Shown: piece by piece, positions 1-10,183 of the stretch
How positions within the stretch are numbered: the stretch's first letter is position 1
Layout: each line of letters starts with the position of its first letter
Virus record (IMG/VR): IMGVR_UViG_3300031949_000003
Strand: one strand, 5' to 3'
DNA from: a virus
Taxonomy: Duplodnaviria; Caudoviricetes
DNA length: 64,000 nt
The notes under the pieces: model-generated
What the model was told of the DNA's origin: nothing
The model's database searches: none
Seen by the model: only the letters and a program-made list of their open reading frames with translations
Made by a program: the position numbers and the translations under genes

Positions 1-1
1 C

Positions 2-166
2 CGTCGCGGGCGCATCGCGGCAAACGGTGGCGGCGGCGACTACGCGGCGCAGATGCTACTCGGACGCATGCGCAAGGCCGGGATCGTACGCGTGAGCAAC
101 TACGAAGGCAGCTCGAAGTGGGAGCTCACACAAGGCGGGCTACAGCTCGCACGACAGCTCGCGTGA
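2..166 (+). CDS. 3' part of a probable winged-helix protein (5'-truncated by window)
   Basis: Frame 2 reads ...LLGRMRKAGIVRVSNYEGSSKWELTQGGLQLARQLA*, a wHTH wing-like pattern. Confidence 0.45.
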   Translation, partial: RRGRIAANGGGGDYAAQMLLGRMRKAGIVRVSNYEGSSKWELTQGGLQLARQLA

Positions 167-380
167 ACGGGGTAGAAAATGAGCGGACTAAACTACAGCG
201 ATAGCGAGCCACGCATCCACGTCGAATCCGGCGAATGTGTATCTGTCCTGCTTCGACACCACGACGCCGAAGGCGCCTACGTCGACGTGCGGTTCCCTGA
301 CGGTCGCGTCAAGCGTCTTCATCCTTCACACGTCCGTCCGCTCACCTTCCTGGAACTACTTGCGTGGAGGAGTGAAGGTC

Positions 381-578
381 ATGCGAACCGCTGACACGAT
401 CACCGACGATCAAATCCGCGCGTTGCGCGACTGGGCGCGGCGCCTTCAAGACGACGCGCAATTCGCACTGCTGCGCGGCGAACGCGGCGAGGTCAAGAGC
501 CCGTCGCTACTGCACGAAATCAACAAGGCACGCACTCGTTGCGCCGCTATCTTCGACACCTGTGAGCTGAAGCCATGA
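381..578 (+). CDS. hypothetical protein (TADTITDxQI family)
   Basis: GGAGG upstream, ATGA overlap with next gene; N-terminus like 21826..22050. Confidence 0.6.
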   Translation: MRTADTITDDQIRALRDWARRLQDDAQFALLRGERGEVKSPSLLHEINKARTRCAAIFDTCELKP

Positions 579-829
579 ACAGACACGAAGAGCAAACCAC
601 ACTGATCATCAAGATCAAAGACCGCTACAGCACGTACAGCGTGGGCGCGATCGAGAAGAAGACGCTTCGTGTCGTGCGCCGCGGCACCAAGCGCGATGTC
701 ACCAGGAGCCGCAAGCTGCTCGAAGATCGCCGCATGCCCTGGACACGCATCGAATGGGGCGACGACGGGCAGCCCAACTACATCCACGACGTGCGCGAGT
801 TCCCAGCCCCGCCTTGGAGTTCGAAGTGA
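575..829 (+). CDS. hypothetical protein
   Basis: Overlap-coupled on both sides. Confidence 0.6.
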   Translation: MNRHEEQTTLIIKIKDRYSTYSVGAIEKKTLRVVRRGTKRDVTRSRKLLEDRRMPWTRIEWGDDGQPNYIHDVREFPAPPWSSK

Positions 830-1056
830 TCCGATGGAAGCGATCTCAGGACGGCTTCGTCGAATCGCACTGCGGTCGATGGCAGATCACGCCCGAGTAT
901 TGGAGCTGCACCGAGCCGCAAGCGTTCACGCTCCATCACAACGGAAAGATCGTGACCCGTGGCTGCGAGACACAGCGCGACGCCAAGGACACCGCAGACA
1001 GTCTCTTCGCAAAGGAGTCTCTCGCAAAGGAGTCTCTCGCAAAGGAGTCCTCGTGA
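826..1056 (+). CDS. hypothetical protein with C-terminal AKESL repeats
   Basis: GTGA coupling; 15-bp tandem repeat at 3' end. Confidence 0.55.
   Translation: MIRWKRSQDGFVESHCGRWQITPEYWSCTEPQAFTLHHNGKIVTRGCETQRDAKDTADSLFAKESLAKESLAKESS
1007..1049 (+). repeat. 15-bp tandem repeat, about 3 copies
   Basis: tcgcaaaggagtctc unit. Confidence 0.9.
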
Positions 1057-1433
1057 GGCGACTATCGTTTCGCGACCGACGAGGAGATCTCGCCGGATCC
1101 AAAGGTCAGATCGATCGTGTACAAAACGACACGCCAACCATGAACGCCGACAACATGGCTCTTCTGTGCTCGATCTACGCGTGCGATCGCGCGGGCAAGC
1201 AAATCGTCGACCTGCCACTCCCCGGCACACCCGAGTGCAACGCACTCTTCCTCGCGACGTGGGCGGCGTTCCGCCACGTGACGACCGAGCTGGGCAAGCA
1301 GCGCATGGCCGAGGAAAACCGCACACGGCGAGTCGATCCGCTGGAAGCATTCGTGCTCGGCCGCCAGATCCCCGCACACCTCCGCTGGGCAGAGACCGAA
1401 GCGATGATCCGCGCCGGCGAATGGTCCGCGTAA
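1053..1433 (+). CDS. hypothetical protein
   Basis: GTGA overlap with upstream ORF; start could be ATG 1140. Confidence 0.5.
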   Translation: MRRLSFRDRRGDLAGSKGQIDRVQNDTPTMNADNMALLCSIYACDRAGKQIVDLPLPGTPECNALFLATWAAFRHVTTELGKQRMAEENRTRRVDPLEAFVLGRQIPAHLRWAETEAMIRAGEWSA

Positions 1434-1435
1434 CG

Positions 1436-2101
1436 ATGCTGCACTTCACCAGCGGCGACATGTTCGAGCTACCTGTCGACATTCGGGTGAACACCGTGAA
1501 TTGTGTCGGTGTGATGGGTGCAGGCGTCGCCCTCGCTTTCAAGACTCGCCACCCAGCGATGTTCCGATCGTACAAGAAGGCTTGCGACGCAGGTGAAATC
1601 AGACCCGGAGCACTCAACATTTGGCACACGCTCAGCGAGTGGGTCATCAACTTCCCCACGAAGCGCCACTGGCGCGAAAACTCGAAATACGAGGACATCG
1701 AAGACGGGCTCAAGGCGCTTCGAACGTATTTGGATAGCATCGGACGCGCCGTGCGTGTTGCGCTGCCGGCGCTTGGGTGCGGTCACGGTGGACTGGATTG
1801 GTCGCGCGTTTCTAAACTCATCGAGTGCCATCTCGCGACAACGGACGCTGAGGTCTTCGTGTTTGAACCTGCCGATTCGAGACGTGCGGGCGCGATAGCC
1901 TCGCAGCTGAAGAAGTCCAAGATCGAACCTCGCTCCGACATGGTGTCGTATCCGACGTCGTCGGTCAGGATGGAAAGCATCGTGCTGATCGGGCCGCCCC
2001 ATACACGGGCAGCGCTCGCGCCACCATCGAGCTTACCGATGCCGAGCGCAGAGACGGCCCCAGCGTCCCTCAAGGTCGAGGATCCCGAAGGCGGCTCGTG
2101 A
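1436..2101 (+). CDS. macrodomain protein (Poa1p/DarG-type ADP-ribose hydrolase)
   Basis: GDMF...NTVNCVGVMGAGVALAFK...VINFPTKRHWR...ALPALGCGHGGLDW. Confidence 0.92.
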   Translation: MLHFTSGDMFELPVDIRVNTVNCVGVMGAGVALAFKTRHPAMFRSYKKACDAGEIRPGALNIWHTLSEWVINFPTKRHWRENSKYEDIEDGLKALRTYLDSIGRAVRVALPALGCGHGGLDWSRVSKLIECHLATTDAEVFVFEPADSRRAGAIASQLKKSKIEPRSDMVSYPTSSVRMESIVLIGPPHTRAALAPPSSLPMPSAETAPASLKVEDPEGGS

Positions 2102-2626
2102 GACCGTATTTGCTCATCGGCGATACGCGCAACGATCTCGATTTTGCCGAGAGCGCGGCGAAGCGCGCACGCGAGCACGGTGCCGAAATGATCCAGTGCG
2201 GCGACTGGGGATTCCTGTGACCGGGCAGCTCGCAGCTCGACGAACTCTCCGACATGCTCGTCGGCCTCCGAATCGTGGTGGCCCGAGGAAACGATCACGA
2301 AGGAACAGCTCGATCTCGCGCTGTCAGCCAAGGGGCCGATCCACGTGCTCGTCACGCACGACGCCCCCGCCTTCCCGCCGGGCTTCACGGCCAAGGGCTC
2401 ATCCGACTACCAGCGCGACCAGGTGCTCTCGATGAAGCACGTCGACAAGCTCATCCGACACCACCGTCCGATGCTGCTCGCACATGGCCATTGGCACACC
2501 CGCGCAACCACATATCGAGGCACCACACGCGTCGAAGCACTCGATTGCAACCAGAACGACCCCACGTACCTCGACGCCTCCACGCTCTTGTGGTCGCGAT
2601 CGCTTGCCGAGGACTCGCGCGCGTGA
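2098..2626 (+). pseudogene. calcineurin-like metallophosphoesterase, disrupted
   Basis: IGDT, QCGDWGFL, VTHDAP and HGHWH motifs; in-frame TGA at 2218, frame change near 2268, GNH motif absent. Confidence 0.75.
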
Positions 2627-2825
2627 AGGCCTGCGAGCGCTGCGGAGATCTCGTGCTGCGACGAACACGCTGCGCGATCTGCCGACGCCTCTGCTGCGCC
2701 GAGTGCATCGACTGGCCCCGAATGACAGGCTGCGTGCACTGGTGCCGCAAGCCCAAGCACGTCGAACACATCATGATCGAGGACCTCGAGCCGACGGGCT
2801 GCGACGCGCCTCGAACCCAAAAGCC

Positions 2826-3428
2826 ATGACCGACTTCGATCTCGATCTCTACGTCAACTTCGGGATGCACGCGATCCTCGGGAGGCTCGGCGAGGCCGAC
2901 CAGATCATGCGCCTCGGTGGTGACGCCGTCCGTCGCGTCGCAGCACACCTCTGCGAACGACTGCCGATCGATCACGTCTCGCTCCACCGCGGCATGCTGC
3001 TCGATCCCGAGAAGCCGTTCGCGCCAGATCCCAGTCTCACGTTCTTGTCGTGGAGCGAAGATCGCGACGTCGCGCTGTGGTTCGCCTGTCCACGATCCGT
3101 GGTCAGCGAGCCGCTCATGCAGCAGAACCCGAAGCTCCGCGGACACGTCGTCTCGATACCAGAGCCGCGATCGCGCGTGCTGTTCCACTACACGTGGGCC
3201 CACGTCTTCGGCGGCCTCGCGCAGCTCGCTCTCGCGCACCCCCTGATGGGCGCAGAGGGTTGCCGACAGATCGCGTGGTCTCTGCGCACGCAGCGCGAGA
3301 TCATCACCGAGCCCGTGGCCGATCTCCACCCCGAGCACGTTGGCGACCTCGACACCGCGGCGCTCGAGGAGCTGGAGAGGCGACTGTCACCGCCGTGGAT
3401 CATCGAAGAGGAGGGCATCAGAACGTGA
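2826..3428 (+). CDS. putative ADP-ribosyltransferase-fold protein
   Basis: LHRG, LSWSEDRDVALWFA and QREII in R-S-E order. Confidence 0.45.
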   Translation: MTDFDLDLYVNFGMHAILGRLGEADQIMRLGGDAVRRVAAHLCERLPIDHVSLHRGMLLDPEKPFAPDPSLTFLSWSEDRDVALWFACPRSVVSEPLMQQNPKLRGHVVSIPEPRSRVLFHYTWAHVFGGLAQLALAHPLMGAEGCRQIAWSLRTQREIITEPVADLHPEHVGDLDTAALEELERRLSPPWIIEEEGIRT

Positions 3429-4210
3429 AGCTCACCGAGAAGCAGCGCCAATGTCTGGAATACGTCGCGAAGGGCGATCCGCCGCCGTTCAAGATCACGA
3501 CCGTGGAGTCGTTGGCCCGAAAAGGACTCGTCGAGCACACGTCACTCGGCTGGCGCGTGACGTCTGAAGGCCGCGAGCTGTTGTCGAAAGGACGAGCAAA
3601 GGCACCCCGTACGCCACCCGCAAAGACTTCGAGCGTCCAGAAGTCGGCTCCAAAGCCCAAGCCGCGTGCCAAGTCCCGCGCAAGCAGCCAGGCGCTCACA
3701 AGAGAGACGCGGTTTGGAGAGCCACAACTACCAAGGCATCTCAGGCCGCTCGCAGACGACGTCACTGTAAAGGACGAGGCCGAGGCAATCTTTTACTTCG
3801 GAAACATCGACGCGCGTCTCGCGAAGGCATGGAAGCGCGACGTCGTGATGCACGAGGGCCCCATCACGATCCGCCGCTTTCTTGCGCCGTCCCACTTCGA
3901 CTCCACACACTACGCGTACGTCGACCGACGACTGCTCTGGTACCTCAAACACGATCCATCCGATCCGCTTGGCACCAAGTGGGAGGGCTACCTGCGGAGC
4001 GCGGGCGACGTGCCGCGGGGCGCGATCGCTGTCTTTGTCGGCCTCGACGTCGTGGCCAAGAAGTGTCCGCCCCAGCTCGCGGACGGCGCAGGCTCTCTCG
4101 ACGAGCGCGCTGCCCTTGAGGTTGTCGACAGAGCCAAGAGCGAAGATCAGGTCTCGCGAAGACGCGGCGGCACCGCGACCAGCGGCGAACCGGTGGAGAC
4201 GAAGCGATGA
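3425..4210 (+). CDS. hypothetical protein with N-terminal winged helix
   Basis: KLTEKQRQCL...SLARKGLVE...WRVTSEGRELL. Confidence 0.55.
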   Translation: MKLTEKQRQCLEYVAKGDPPPFKITTVESLARKGLVEHTSLGWRVTSEGRELLSKGRAKAPRTPPAKTSSVQKSAPKPKPRAKSRASSQALTRETRFGEPQLPRHLRPLADDVTVKDEAEAIFYFGNIDARLAKAWKRDVVMHEGPITIRRFLAPSHFDSTHYAYVDRRLLWYLKHDPSDPLGTKWEGYLRSAGDVPRGAIAVFVGLDVVAKKCPPQLADGAGSLDERAALEVVDRAKSEDQVSRRRGGTATSGEPVETKR

Positions 4211-4449
4211 CGGCGCTCGTGAAACAGGCACTCGATCACGCACGCCAGGCGACGCATGAGCCGCGCGAGTACCTTGACCGTCATCCGCCCGTCGAAACGC
4301 TCGCGCTCGGGCTGCTCGAACTGCATGAGGAGAACGGTCGGTTGCGGCTTGCGCTAGCCGAGGCGGTCAACACGCTTCGTGAGCACGTGACCCTCCGCAA
4401 CGACTACGAGGCGACTATTCGTAAACTCGGGAAGTTGGTGACACCGTGA
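4207..4449 (+). CDS. hypothetical coiled-coil protein
   Basis: ATGA overlap, helical composition. Confidence 0.55.
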   Translation: MTALVKQALDHARQATHEPREYLDRHPPVETLALGLLELHEENGRLRLALAEAVNTLREHVTLRNDYEATIRKLGKLVTP

Positions 4450-4513
4450 CCAAGCCGCCCGTCACGCGGGCACTGCGAGGACGCCCATTGCGAGTTGCAG
4501 GGTGGGGTAACCC

Positions 4514-5023
4514 GTGAAGCTTCTCCTCACCGAAATCCACGACCTCGCGTGCCGTTTCGTTCCCGCGATCGCTGCCGACTATCGCCTCTACGAAAAAGAT
4601 GACCGCTCGTGGTGGCCAGCTCACGAGATCGGTCATTTTCTCGTCGCTACACCTGCCGAGTGCCGCGAGCACAAGTTCGGCATCGACGACTATGCGACCA
4701 ACGGATCCTTGAAGTACCACTACATCGTTGCCCGTGAGATCGCAGCGATCTCGATCTCGCAGCGCCTGCTCCGCCGATCGGGTCACGCGGATCTCGCCGA
4801 CGACGAGATCCAGCTCACGGACGAGAACACGATCGACTGTTCGTTCGAGCGCTGGTGCAAACGATCGGTCCACAAGCTGCTGCACGAGAACCGAGTCGTG
4901 CGCCTACCGACCACGTTCGCGCGCCTCGAAGCGCTGCTCGCGCGCAAGGCTCACGAGTGCGACACACCGACCGCAGCGCGCCGCGGTGAGACTGTCGGTC
5001 CACGCCGGTATGCTGAACATTGA
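4514..5023 (+). CDS. HExxH metallopeptidase-like protein
   Basis: AHEIGH and downstream AREIAA. Confidence 0.5.
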   Translation: MKLLLTEIHDLACRFVPAIAADYRLYEKDDRSWWPAHEIGHFLVATPAECREHKFGIDDYATNGSLKYHYIVAREIAAISISQRLLRRSGHADLADDEIQLTDENTIDCSFERWCKRSVHKLLHENRVVRLPTTFARLEALLARKAHECDTPTAARRGETVGPRRYAEH

Positions 5024-5161
5024 TGATCAAGACCCCGATCCGATAGACCTAGCCAAATCCTAAAAATTCACTCTTACCGCGACGGCCCATAGAATGAAGC
5101 TATGGCCGACAGGACAGCACGCAGTGGGTCGACGCGACCGGCGCGTCGGCGTGATCAGCGC

Positions 5162-5617
5162 ATGCGTGTGATTTTGATCTTCGTGTTGATGCTGGCATGC
5201 GGTCCTTTGCCCGAGCGACCGTTGCCCTCTGGTCGACAGACCAACCGAGTGACGTTCGAGCTTCGCGTAGATGATCCAACGCTGGAAGCCGATCTCGACA
5301 AGGCGCTCGTCGGCTGGGCCTCGATCGGACTCGTACGCGTCAAATCGGGAGGTCAAATAGCTGCGATACTCGTCGAGCGTGTCGCCACGATCGAAAACAA
5401 CGCGGCCGGTGTCACCAACAGGCTGGAGCGTCGAATTTCAGTACGCGCGGACCTCCGTGGCTTCAACTTGTGGGTGACGCTCGCCCATGAAGTGGGTCAC
5501 GGCGTGCTCGACACGAGCACGCACACGTCCTGCGGGATCATGGGCGGGAAAGATCTGATTCCCTGCGCGGAAGACAAAGCCCTCGCGTGCCGCCGCGTCA
5601 GGCTCGGTTGTCCGTGA
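5162..5617 (+). CDS. putative lipoprotein zincin metallopeptidase
   Basis: MRVILIFVLMLAC lipobox; AHEVGH...H...GIM Met-turn-like; start could be 5102. Confidence 0.6.
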   Translation: MRVILIFVLMLACGPLPERPLPSGRQTNRVTFELRVDDPTLEADLDKALVGWASIGLVRVKSGGQIAAILVERVATIENNAAGVTNRLERRISVRADLRGFNLWVTLAHEVGHGVLDTSTHTSCGIMGGKDLIPCAEDKALACRRVRLGCP

Positions 5618-5682
5618 ACATACGATCGCGGCGATGGGTCGACGACTGATCAGCTCGGTGCGATAGACTGAACGAGCCTGCC

Positions 5683-6477
5683 ATGGCGAAGAAGAAAACC
5701 GCGAAGCAGCTCGAGCGCGACATCCAGGCCGTGCTCCGACGTGACAAGCGATCGCATGCCACGAAGAAGTCCTCGGCACAGATCAGCCGCGAGATCACGG
5801 TCGCGCTCCACGCCCCCACGATCACGAACCGCGAACAGATCTCCGATCGCACGTTACGCGCGCTGGGCGATGAACTCGACGAAGCCGCGGTTCGCGCTGT
5901 CGAGGCCGGCGGTGTGGGTGACCTGACGTACCAGGGAGCTGGGGCAACCGGGATCGTGTTCTGTGACGCACGAAAAACCGCGTACAAGGTTGCGCGCCGC
6001 GGTCGCGAAACGTCCGTCTTCGAAGAGGCCGAATGGCTCGTGAAGGCCGGGCAGGTACCCGGGGCACGCGAGCACGTGGCACGCGACACGCGATACGACA
6101 AGAAGCATGACGTGCTCGTGCGCGAGTGCGTACCAGGCCCTGTCGGCACGTCGCGCCAGACTTCCAAGCTGTTCGACCTTCACAAGGGAATCCGAACTGC
6201 GATGACGCCTTATGGTTGGCTGTCACCAGAATTCAAAGAGGACAGCTACGTCATGGCCCGCGGGCGCGGCCCTGTGCTGGTGGATGCTTCGTCAGCACTC
6301 CGAGTCGGCGGCGAGCTGGTCCGCTACGCACAAGATGTTCTCGCCGCACGCCGGCCACAGACCGAGCGTCTGGAAGATATCGCGTTCGCCATTCGCCAGG
6401 AGCGTGGCAGCTCGATCCCAGAGGCGGTAGCAGACAAGTTGCTCGCCAAACTGCGAGCACGCGGCATCGATACCTGA
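5683..6477 (+). CDS. protein-kinase-like fold protein with two QLxREI tags
   Basis: GAGATG loop, AYKV, FEEAE, VLVD; catalytic loop degenerate (EFKEDS). Confidence 0.55.
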   Translation: MAKKKTAKQLERDIQAVLRRDKRSHATKKSSAQISREITVALHAPTITNREQISDRTLRALGDELDEAAVRAVEAGGVGDLTYQGAGATGIVFCDARKTAYKVARRGRETSVFEEAEWLVKAGQVPGAREHVARDTRYDKKHDVLVRECVPGPVGTSRQTSKLFDLHKGIRTAMTPYGWLSPEFKEDSYVMARGRGPVLVDASSALRVGGELVRYAQDVLAARRPQTERLEDIAFAIRQERGSSIPEAVADKLLAKLRARGIDT

Positions 6478-6493
6478 AGCGCCAGCTCAGCGC

Positions 6494-6703
6494 TCAACGC
6501 ATCTTCTGCCAAGGGCCGACGACGATCTCATAGTCGCCCTCGGGAAGCTCGAAGCAGCGCGGATCCTGGTAGCCGCACGCGATGCAGATCGGGTTGAGGG
6601 CCTGGCAGTCACGGCTCGCTCGACATCTCGGACAGGTGAACGTGTTCGTGGACGCTGCGACACCCGGAGCGAAACCGCGGACTACTTGCGGAGACTTTGA
6701 CAT
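6494..6703 (-). CDS. small zinc-ribbon protein
   Basis: CPRC...CIAC; TATAAT 7 nt upstream of ATG. Confidence 0.6.
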   Translation of the reverse strand: MSKSPQVVRGFAPGVAASTNTFTCPRCRASRDCQALNPICIACGYQDPRCFELPEGDYEIVVGPWQKMR

Positions 6704-6710
6704 AGTGTAA

Positions 6711-6740
6711 ATTATACACATCCGTGGGACTGGGTGTCCA
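6711..6740 (-). promoter_or_regulatory. sigma70-type promoter, probably leaderless
   Basis: TGGACA-18-TATAAT on minus strand, ATG 7 nt downstream. Confidence 0.65.
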
Positions 6741-6862
6741 GATACCCGTATCTCGAAGGCGCAGCAGGCGCAGCCGGTGTGCCCGCTCAAGCCCGGGTGT
6801 CCCGTGCCCCAGGCCCGTGCAGAAGCGTACTTGCGCCTTACCTCGGCCGGCACGCCGCGTGT
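6732..6862 (+). promoter_or_regulatory. sigma54-like promoter with two upstream GGGT-N8-ACCC sites
   Basis: GGCACG-CCGC-GTGT at 6849-6862; sites at 6732-6747 and 6795-6810 (one mismatch). Confidence 0.6.
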
Positions 6863-6875
6863 ACTACGTGGGTGC

Positions 6876-7448
6876 ATGGCGAGCATGGCAACCCGGCACG
6901 ACGTCGAGCAACAGATCCTAACCCTCATCGAGACCTCGATCGAGGACACCGTCATCCCGGACGCGATCGCGGCGCACGCCGACAAACGCGCGGGCAAGCC
7001 GGTCACCAAGACCGACGCCGCGCAGCTCGAAGCCCAGGTCGGCGTGCCGGTTCGCATCCGCCGCCAGCACGGCATGACGCACGTCGGGTGGGCAGCCGGC
7101 AAGGGCGGCAACCCCTGGCTCGACGAGCGCTCGGTCCTGCTCGCGCATTCGGACACCGGCGTCCGTTGGCCGAGCGGCGACGAGCTTCGCAAGAAGGAGC
7201 CCGCGTACTTCAGCGCGCGCGACGAGCGCAACCTTGCCCGCAAGCAGCTCCTGCAAGAGCACGCGACCCTGCGCGGAGCGATCGGAAGCGAGATCCCGGA
7301 CCACGCTGACGAGAGCACGGTCTATCGTGCGGCGCAGGCGATCGTCAAGCTTCGTGAAGCACAGGAGGAGTTGCAGAAGCTCGTCGACTACGGCCAGCCG
7401 CTCCACGTCGTGCGCTTCCCCATCGAGAAGCTCGCGAAGGCCGAGTAG
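6876..7448 (+). CDS. hypothetical protein
   Basis: Strong GC3 codon bias; follows putative promoter. Confidence 0.7.
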   Translation: MASMATRHDVEQQILTLIETSIEDTVIPDAIAAHADKRAGKPVTKTDAAQLEAQVGVPVRIRRQHGMTHVGWAAGKGGNPWLDERSVLLAHSDTGVRWPSGDELRKKEPAYFSARDERNLARKQLLQEHATLRGAIGSEIPDHADESTVYRAAQAIVKLREAQEELQKLVDYGQPLHVVRFPIEKLAKAE

Positions 7449-7457
7449 GATTCGACT

Positions 7458-7697
7458 GTGAGCGTCTTTCGCTTTCTCAGTAGTCAGCGTCGATCGCAGT
7501 ACGGTGTGTCGCGCGGTGACGAGCGCATTGGCTTCGTCACCAAGATCGTGCATCGTCACACCGAGCGAGGGGTCACGCGGAATATCGTCGCCGGGTGGAC
7601 ACCCAGCACGCTCGATGGACGCGATCTCGCGACGGAGAAGACACGCGAAGCCGCCGCCCGTGTCCTATGGTCCCTGCATCAGAAGGAGCAGCGTTGA
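7458..7697 (+). CDS. hypothetical protein
   Basis: ORF track; TAGGAT 6 nt upstream. Confidence 0.55.
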   Translation: MSVFRFLSSQRRSQYGVSRGDERIGFVTKIVHRHTERGVTRNIVAGWTPSTLDGRDLATEKTREAAARVLWSLHQKEQR

Positions 7698-7699
7698 TC

Positions 7700-7843
7700 A
7701 TGTCTGCGGCTACACGCAAGGACGGCGTGCGCTGGATCGACACCACCGATCAGCCTGCGCGCTTCGGCCCCGCGCCGGAACCAAAGAAGACCGCCAAGCA
7801 ACTCGACGAGGAGATCGCCGAGAGACTCGGCATCAAGGATTGA
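7700..7843 (+). CDS. 47-aa peptide ending in QLDEEI tag
   Basis: AAGGAG upstream; PKKTAKQLDEEIAERL. Confidence 0.6.
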   Translation: MSAATRKDGVRWIDTTDQPARFGPAPEPKKTAKQLDEEIAERLGIKD

Positions 7844-7846
7844 CCG

Positions 7847-8662
7847 GTGGCGGTTCGCGACATCGAAGACATGGAGAGACTCGGGGCCCCCGATCCTGGG
7901 ATCTGGCCCACGCGCTTGTCGACGCAGCCGACCAACACTGCACGCGGCGTCGAGCGATTCTTCTCGGGCGGCGGCGGACTCAAGGAACGGCTCGCGGCGC
8001 GTGCCCAAGGCGAAAACATGGTCACCGCTGATCATTCGTGCGTGATCGGAGACGACAGCCAGGCGCTCGCGCACGGAGCGCTCGTGATCGGGACGCGATC
8101 GACCGCGTCTGGGATCGGATCGATCGCGCTCGGCAACCTTCTGAACGCAGAGCGAAATGGACAAATCCTGATCGAATCGGTGTGGGAGCGAACTCGGCGA
8201 ACTCGTCCTCGGGCGTACTTCGAGGGCGAATACGACCTGTTCATGAGCTGTCTCATGACAGTTTCCATCGAACAGTACGCAACCGTAGCGGGTATCGTGA
8301 TGCACGCGGACGTGTACTGCTCGTGCGGACACCGCGCCACCCGCGGGCATGTCTGGGCTAACGCGATCGAGATCGCGGAACCCCTCCAGCAGCTCGCCCG
8401 AATGGTCACCGATCACGAAGGACGTCAGCTGAACAACGTCTGGCTCTTCGAGCCCGGGAATCAGATCGAGCAAATCGACCGAGCGTTTCGATCCCTACGC
8501 TACGCGGGGGAGCCCTTGCCGATAGTCGAGACCGCCGAGGACGCCGCGCGGCTCATGGTCTGGTGCGACGCCCGCCTCCGAGATCTCGCGGGTACGCAGT
8601 ACACGTGGTGGTTGGAGGAGTGGTCTCAGCGCGCAAACGGTATGCTGAAAGAAGCGCTATGA
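7847..8662 (+). CDS. hypothetical protein
   Basis: 271-aa ORF, ATGA overlap downstream. Confidence 0.55.
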   Translation: MAVRDIEDMERLGAPDPGIWPTRLSTQPTNTARGVERFFSGGGGLKERLAARAQGENMVTADHSCVIGDDSQALAHGALVIGTRSTASGIGSIALGNLLNAERNGQILIESVWERTRRTRPRAYFEGEYDLFMSCLMTVSIEQYATVAGIVMHADVYCSCGHRATRGHVWANAIEIAEPLQQLARMVTDHEGRQLNNVWLFEPGNQIEQIDRAFRSLRYAGEPLPIVETAEDAARLMVWCDARLRDLAGTQYTWWLEEWSQRANGMLKEAL

Positions 8663-8979
8663 CCGTCGACGAAGTCGTCACGACGCTCTTTGAGCTTGGC
8701 TTCTCGCCGGCAGGAGAAACGCCCCTGGAGCACGTGCGCATCCCGACGATGAAAGCGCCCGTCCTCGGTGGTATGGGCGGCGAGCGGCGCACGCTCGGTG
8801 GCAGAGCGCGCTACGTATTGTCTGGCACCGATCTACGGGTGACCGTCGGGCCGCGCACGACTAACGTGTACTTCTCACGCAGTGGCAAGACCGAGTTCGT
8901 ACTGAACGAAAATACCAAGGATCTAACCGCGCAGGCACTGCGGGACGTCGTTACCGCGGCAACGGGGAAGGCTACATGA
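8659..8979 (+). CDS. hypothetical protein
   Basis: Overlap-coupled on both sides. Confidence 0.6.
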   Translation: MTVDEVVTTLFELGFSPAGETPLEHVRIPTMKAPVLGGMGGERRTLGGRARYVLSGTDLRVTVGPRTTNVYFSRSGKTEFVLNENTKDLTAQALRDVVTAATGKAT

Positions 8980-9257
8980 AGTCAAAAAAGACGAAGAAGA
9001 CGCACACACAGCTCGACCGCGAGATCACCGCCACGCTCTCCAAGCGAAAGCGCCGGCCGAAGCATCTCCTCACTTCACGGAGGTTGATCGTGATCGAATC
9101 CGACGGTGACCGCGACACGACGACCTGGGAAGACTTCGTCGACGCTAACCGCGAGATGCCGGAGCTAGAAGACGTCGCGGCGGAGCTGCGACGCCACGGT
9201 CGCGCCACGGTCGGCGGTGGCGCGGCGCCGCTGACGGTGATCAGACTCGCCAACTAA
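8976..9257 (+). CDS. hypothetical protein with N-terminal QLDREI tag
   Basis: KKTHTQLDREITATL. Confidence 0.7.
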   Translation: MKSKKTKKTHTQLDREITATLSKRKRRPKHLLTSRRLIVIESDGDRDTTTWEDFVDANREMPELEDVAAELRRHGRATVGGGAAPLTVIRLAN

Positions 9258-9267
9258 GATCGTCGTC

Positions 9268-9990
9268 ATGAGCAGCCTCCATCCATATTTCGTCTACTAC
9301 GGCGGCAAGTGGCGCGCGGCGCCTAGATACCCAGCTCCCCGCCACAACGTGATCGTGGAGCCATTCGCTGGGAGCGCGGGCTACGCGCTGCGGTACCATG
9401 AACGCCAGATCGTACTCGTCGAGAAGGATGAGGTGCTGGCGGAGCTGTGGCGCTACCTCATCCGGGCCACCGCAAACGACTTTCTCAGTCTCCCCGATTT
9501 GCGTGGAGATGCGACGGTAGACGACTTGAGCATCTGCGCCGGAGCCAAAGCGCTGATCGGCTTCTGGCTCAACAAGGGCGTGGAGCGCCCGCGCAAGAGC
9601 CCCAGCGCGTGGATGCGCAGCGGAATCCGTCCCAAGAGCTACTGGGGTCCCGAGGTACGCGCGAGGCTCGCGGCCCAAGCCGGCAAGATCGCGCACTGGC
9701 AGATCATCGAGGGCGACTACACTGCCGCGCCCGATGTCGAAGGGACCTGGTTCATCGATCCGCCGTACGTCGACGCCGGCCGCCAGTACAGGCATTCGTC
9801 CAGAGACATCGACTACGCGGCCCTAGCCTCGTGGTGTCTGGCACGACGCGGTCAAGTGCTGGTCTGCGAGAGCAGCGGAGCGAACTGGCTCCCGTTCGAG
9901 GATCACATCGTCGCGAAGTCGCTCCCAGGATCGCGCGGCAAGGGACACAGCCGCGAAGCTCTATGGACGAATGAAACGGAGGCCGCGTGA
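9268..9990 (+). CDS. DNA adenine methyltransferase (Dam/D12-like)
   Basis: YYGGK, EPFAGSA, FIDPPY motifs. Confidence 0.85.
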   Translation: MSSLHPYFVYYGGKWRAAPRYPAPRHNVIVEPFAGSAGYALRYHERQIVLVEKDEVLAELWRYLIRATANDFLSLPDLRGDATVDDLSICAGAKALIGFWLNKGVERPRKSPSAWMRSGIRPKSYWGPEVRARLAAQAGKIAHWQIIEGDYTAAPDVEGTWFIDPPYVDAGRQYRHSSRDIDYAALASWCLARRGQVLVCESSGANWLPFEDHIVAKSLPGSRGKGHSREALWTNETEAA

Positions 9991-10183
9991 GCGTCGAGTA
10001 TCAGGGCCGCACGATCGACGACGACGAGATCCGTGACATCTTCGCCTCGATCCCCGAGCTTCAGGCCGAGGTGTCTCGCTGCAAGAAGGTACTCCGCAGC
10101 ATCGCGGCGCTCTGCAACGCGCCGCACTGGACGGCAGAGCGTCGGTGGAAAATCGCGGCGCTCGCTTCGGAACGTGAGGCACC

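Noticed and set aside
1436-3428. Canonical DarTG toxin-antitoxin
   Set aside because: No DarT-like gene directly upstream and no recognisable DarG C-terminal domain.
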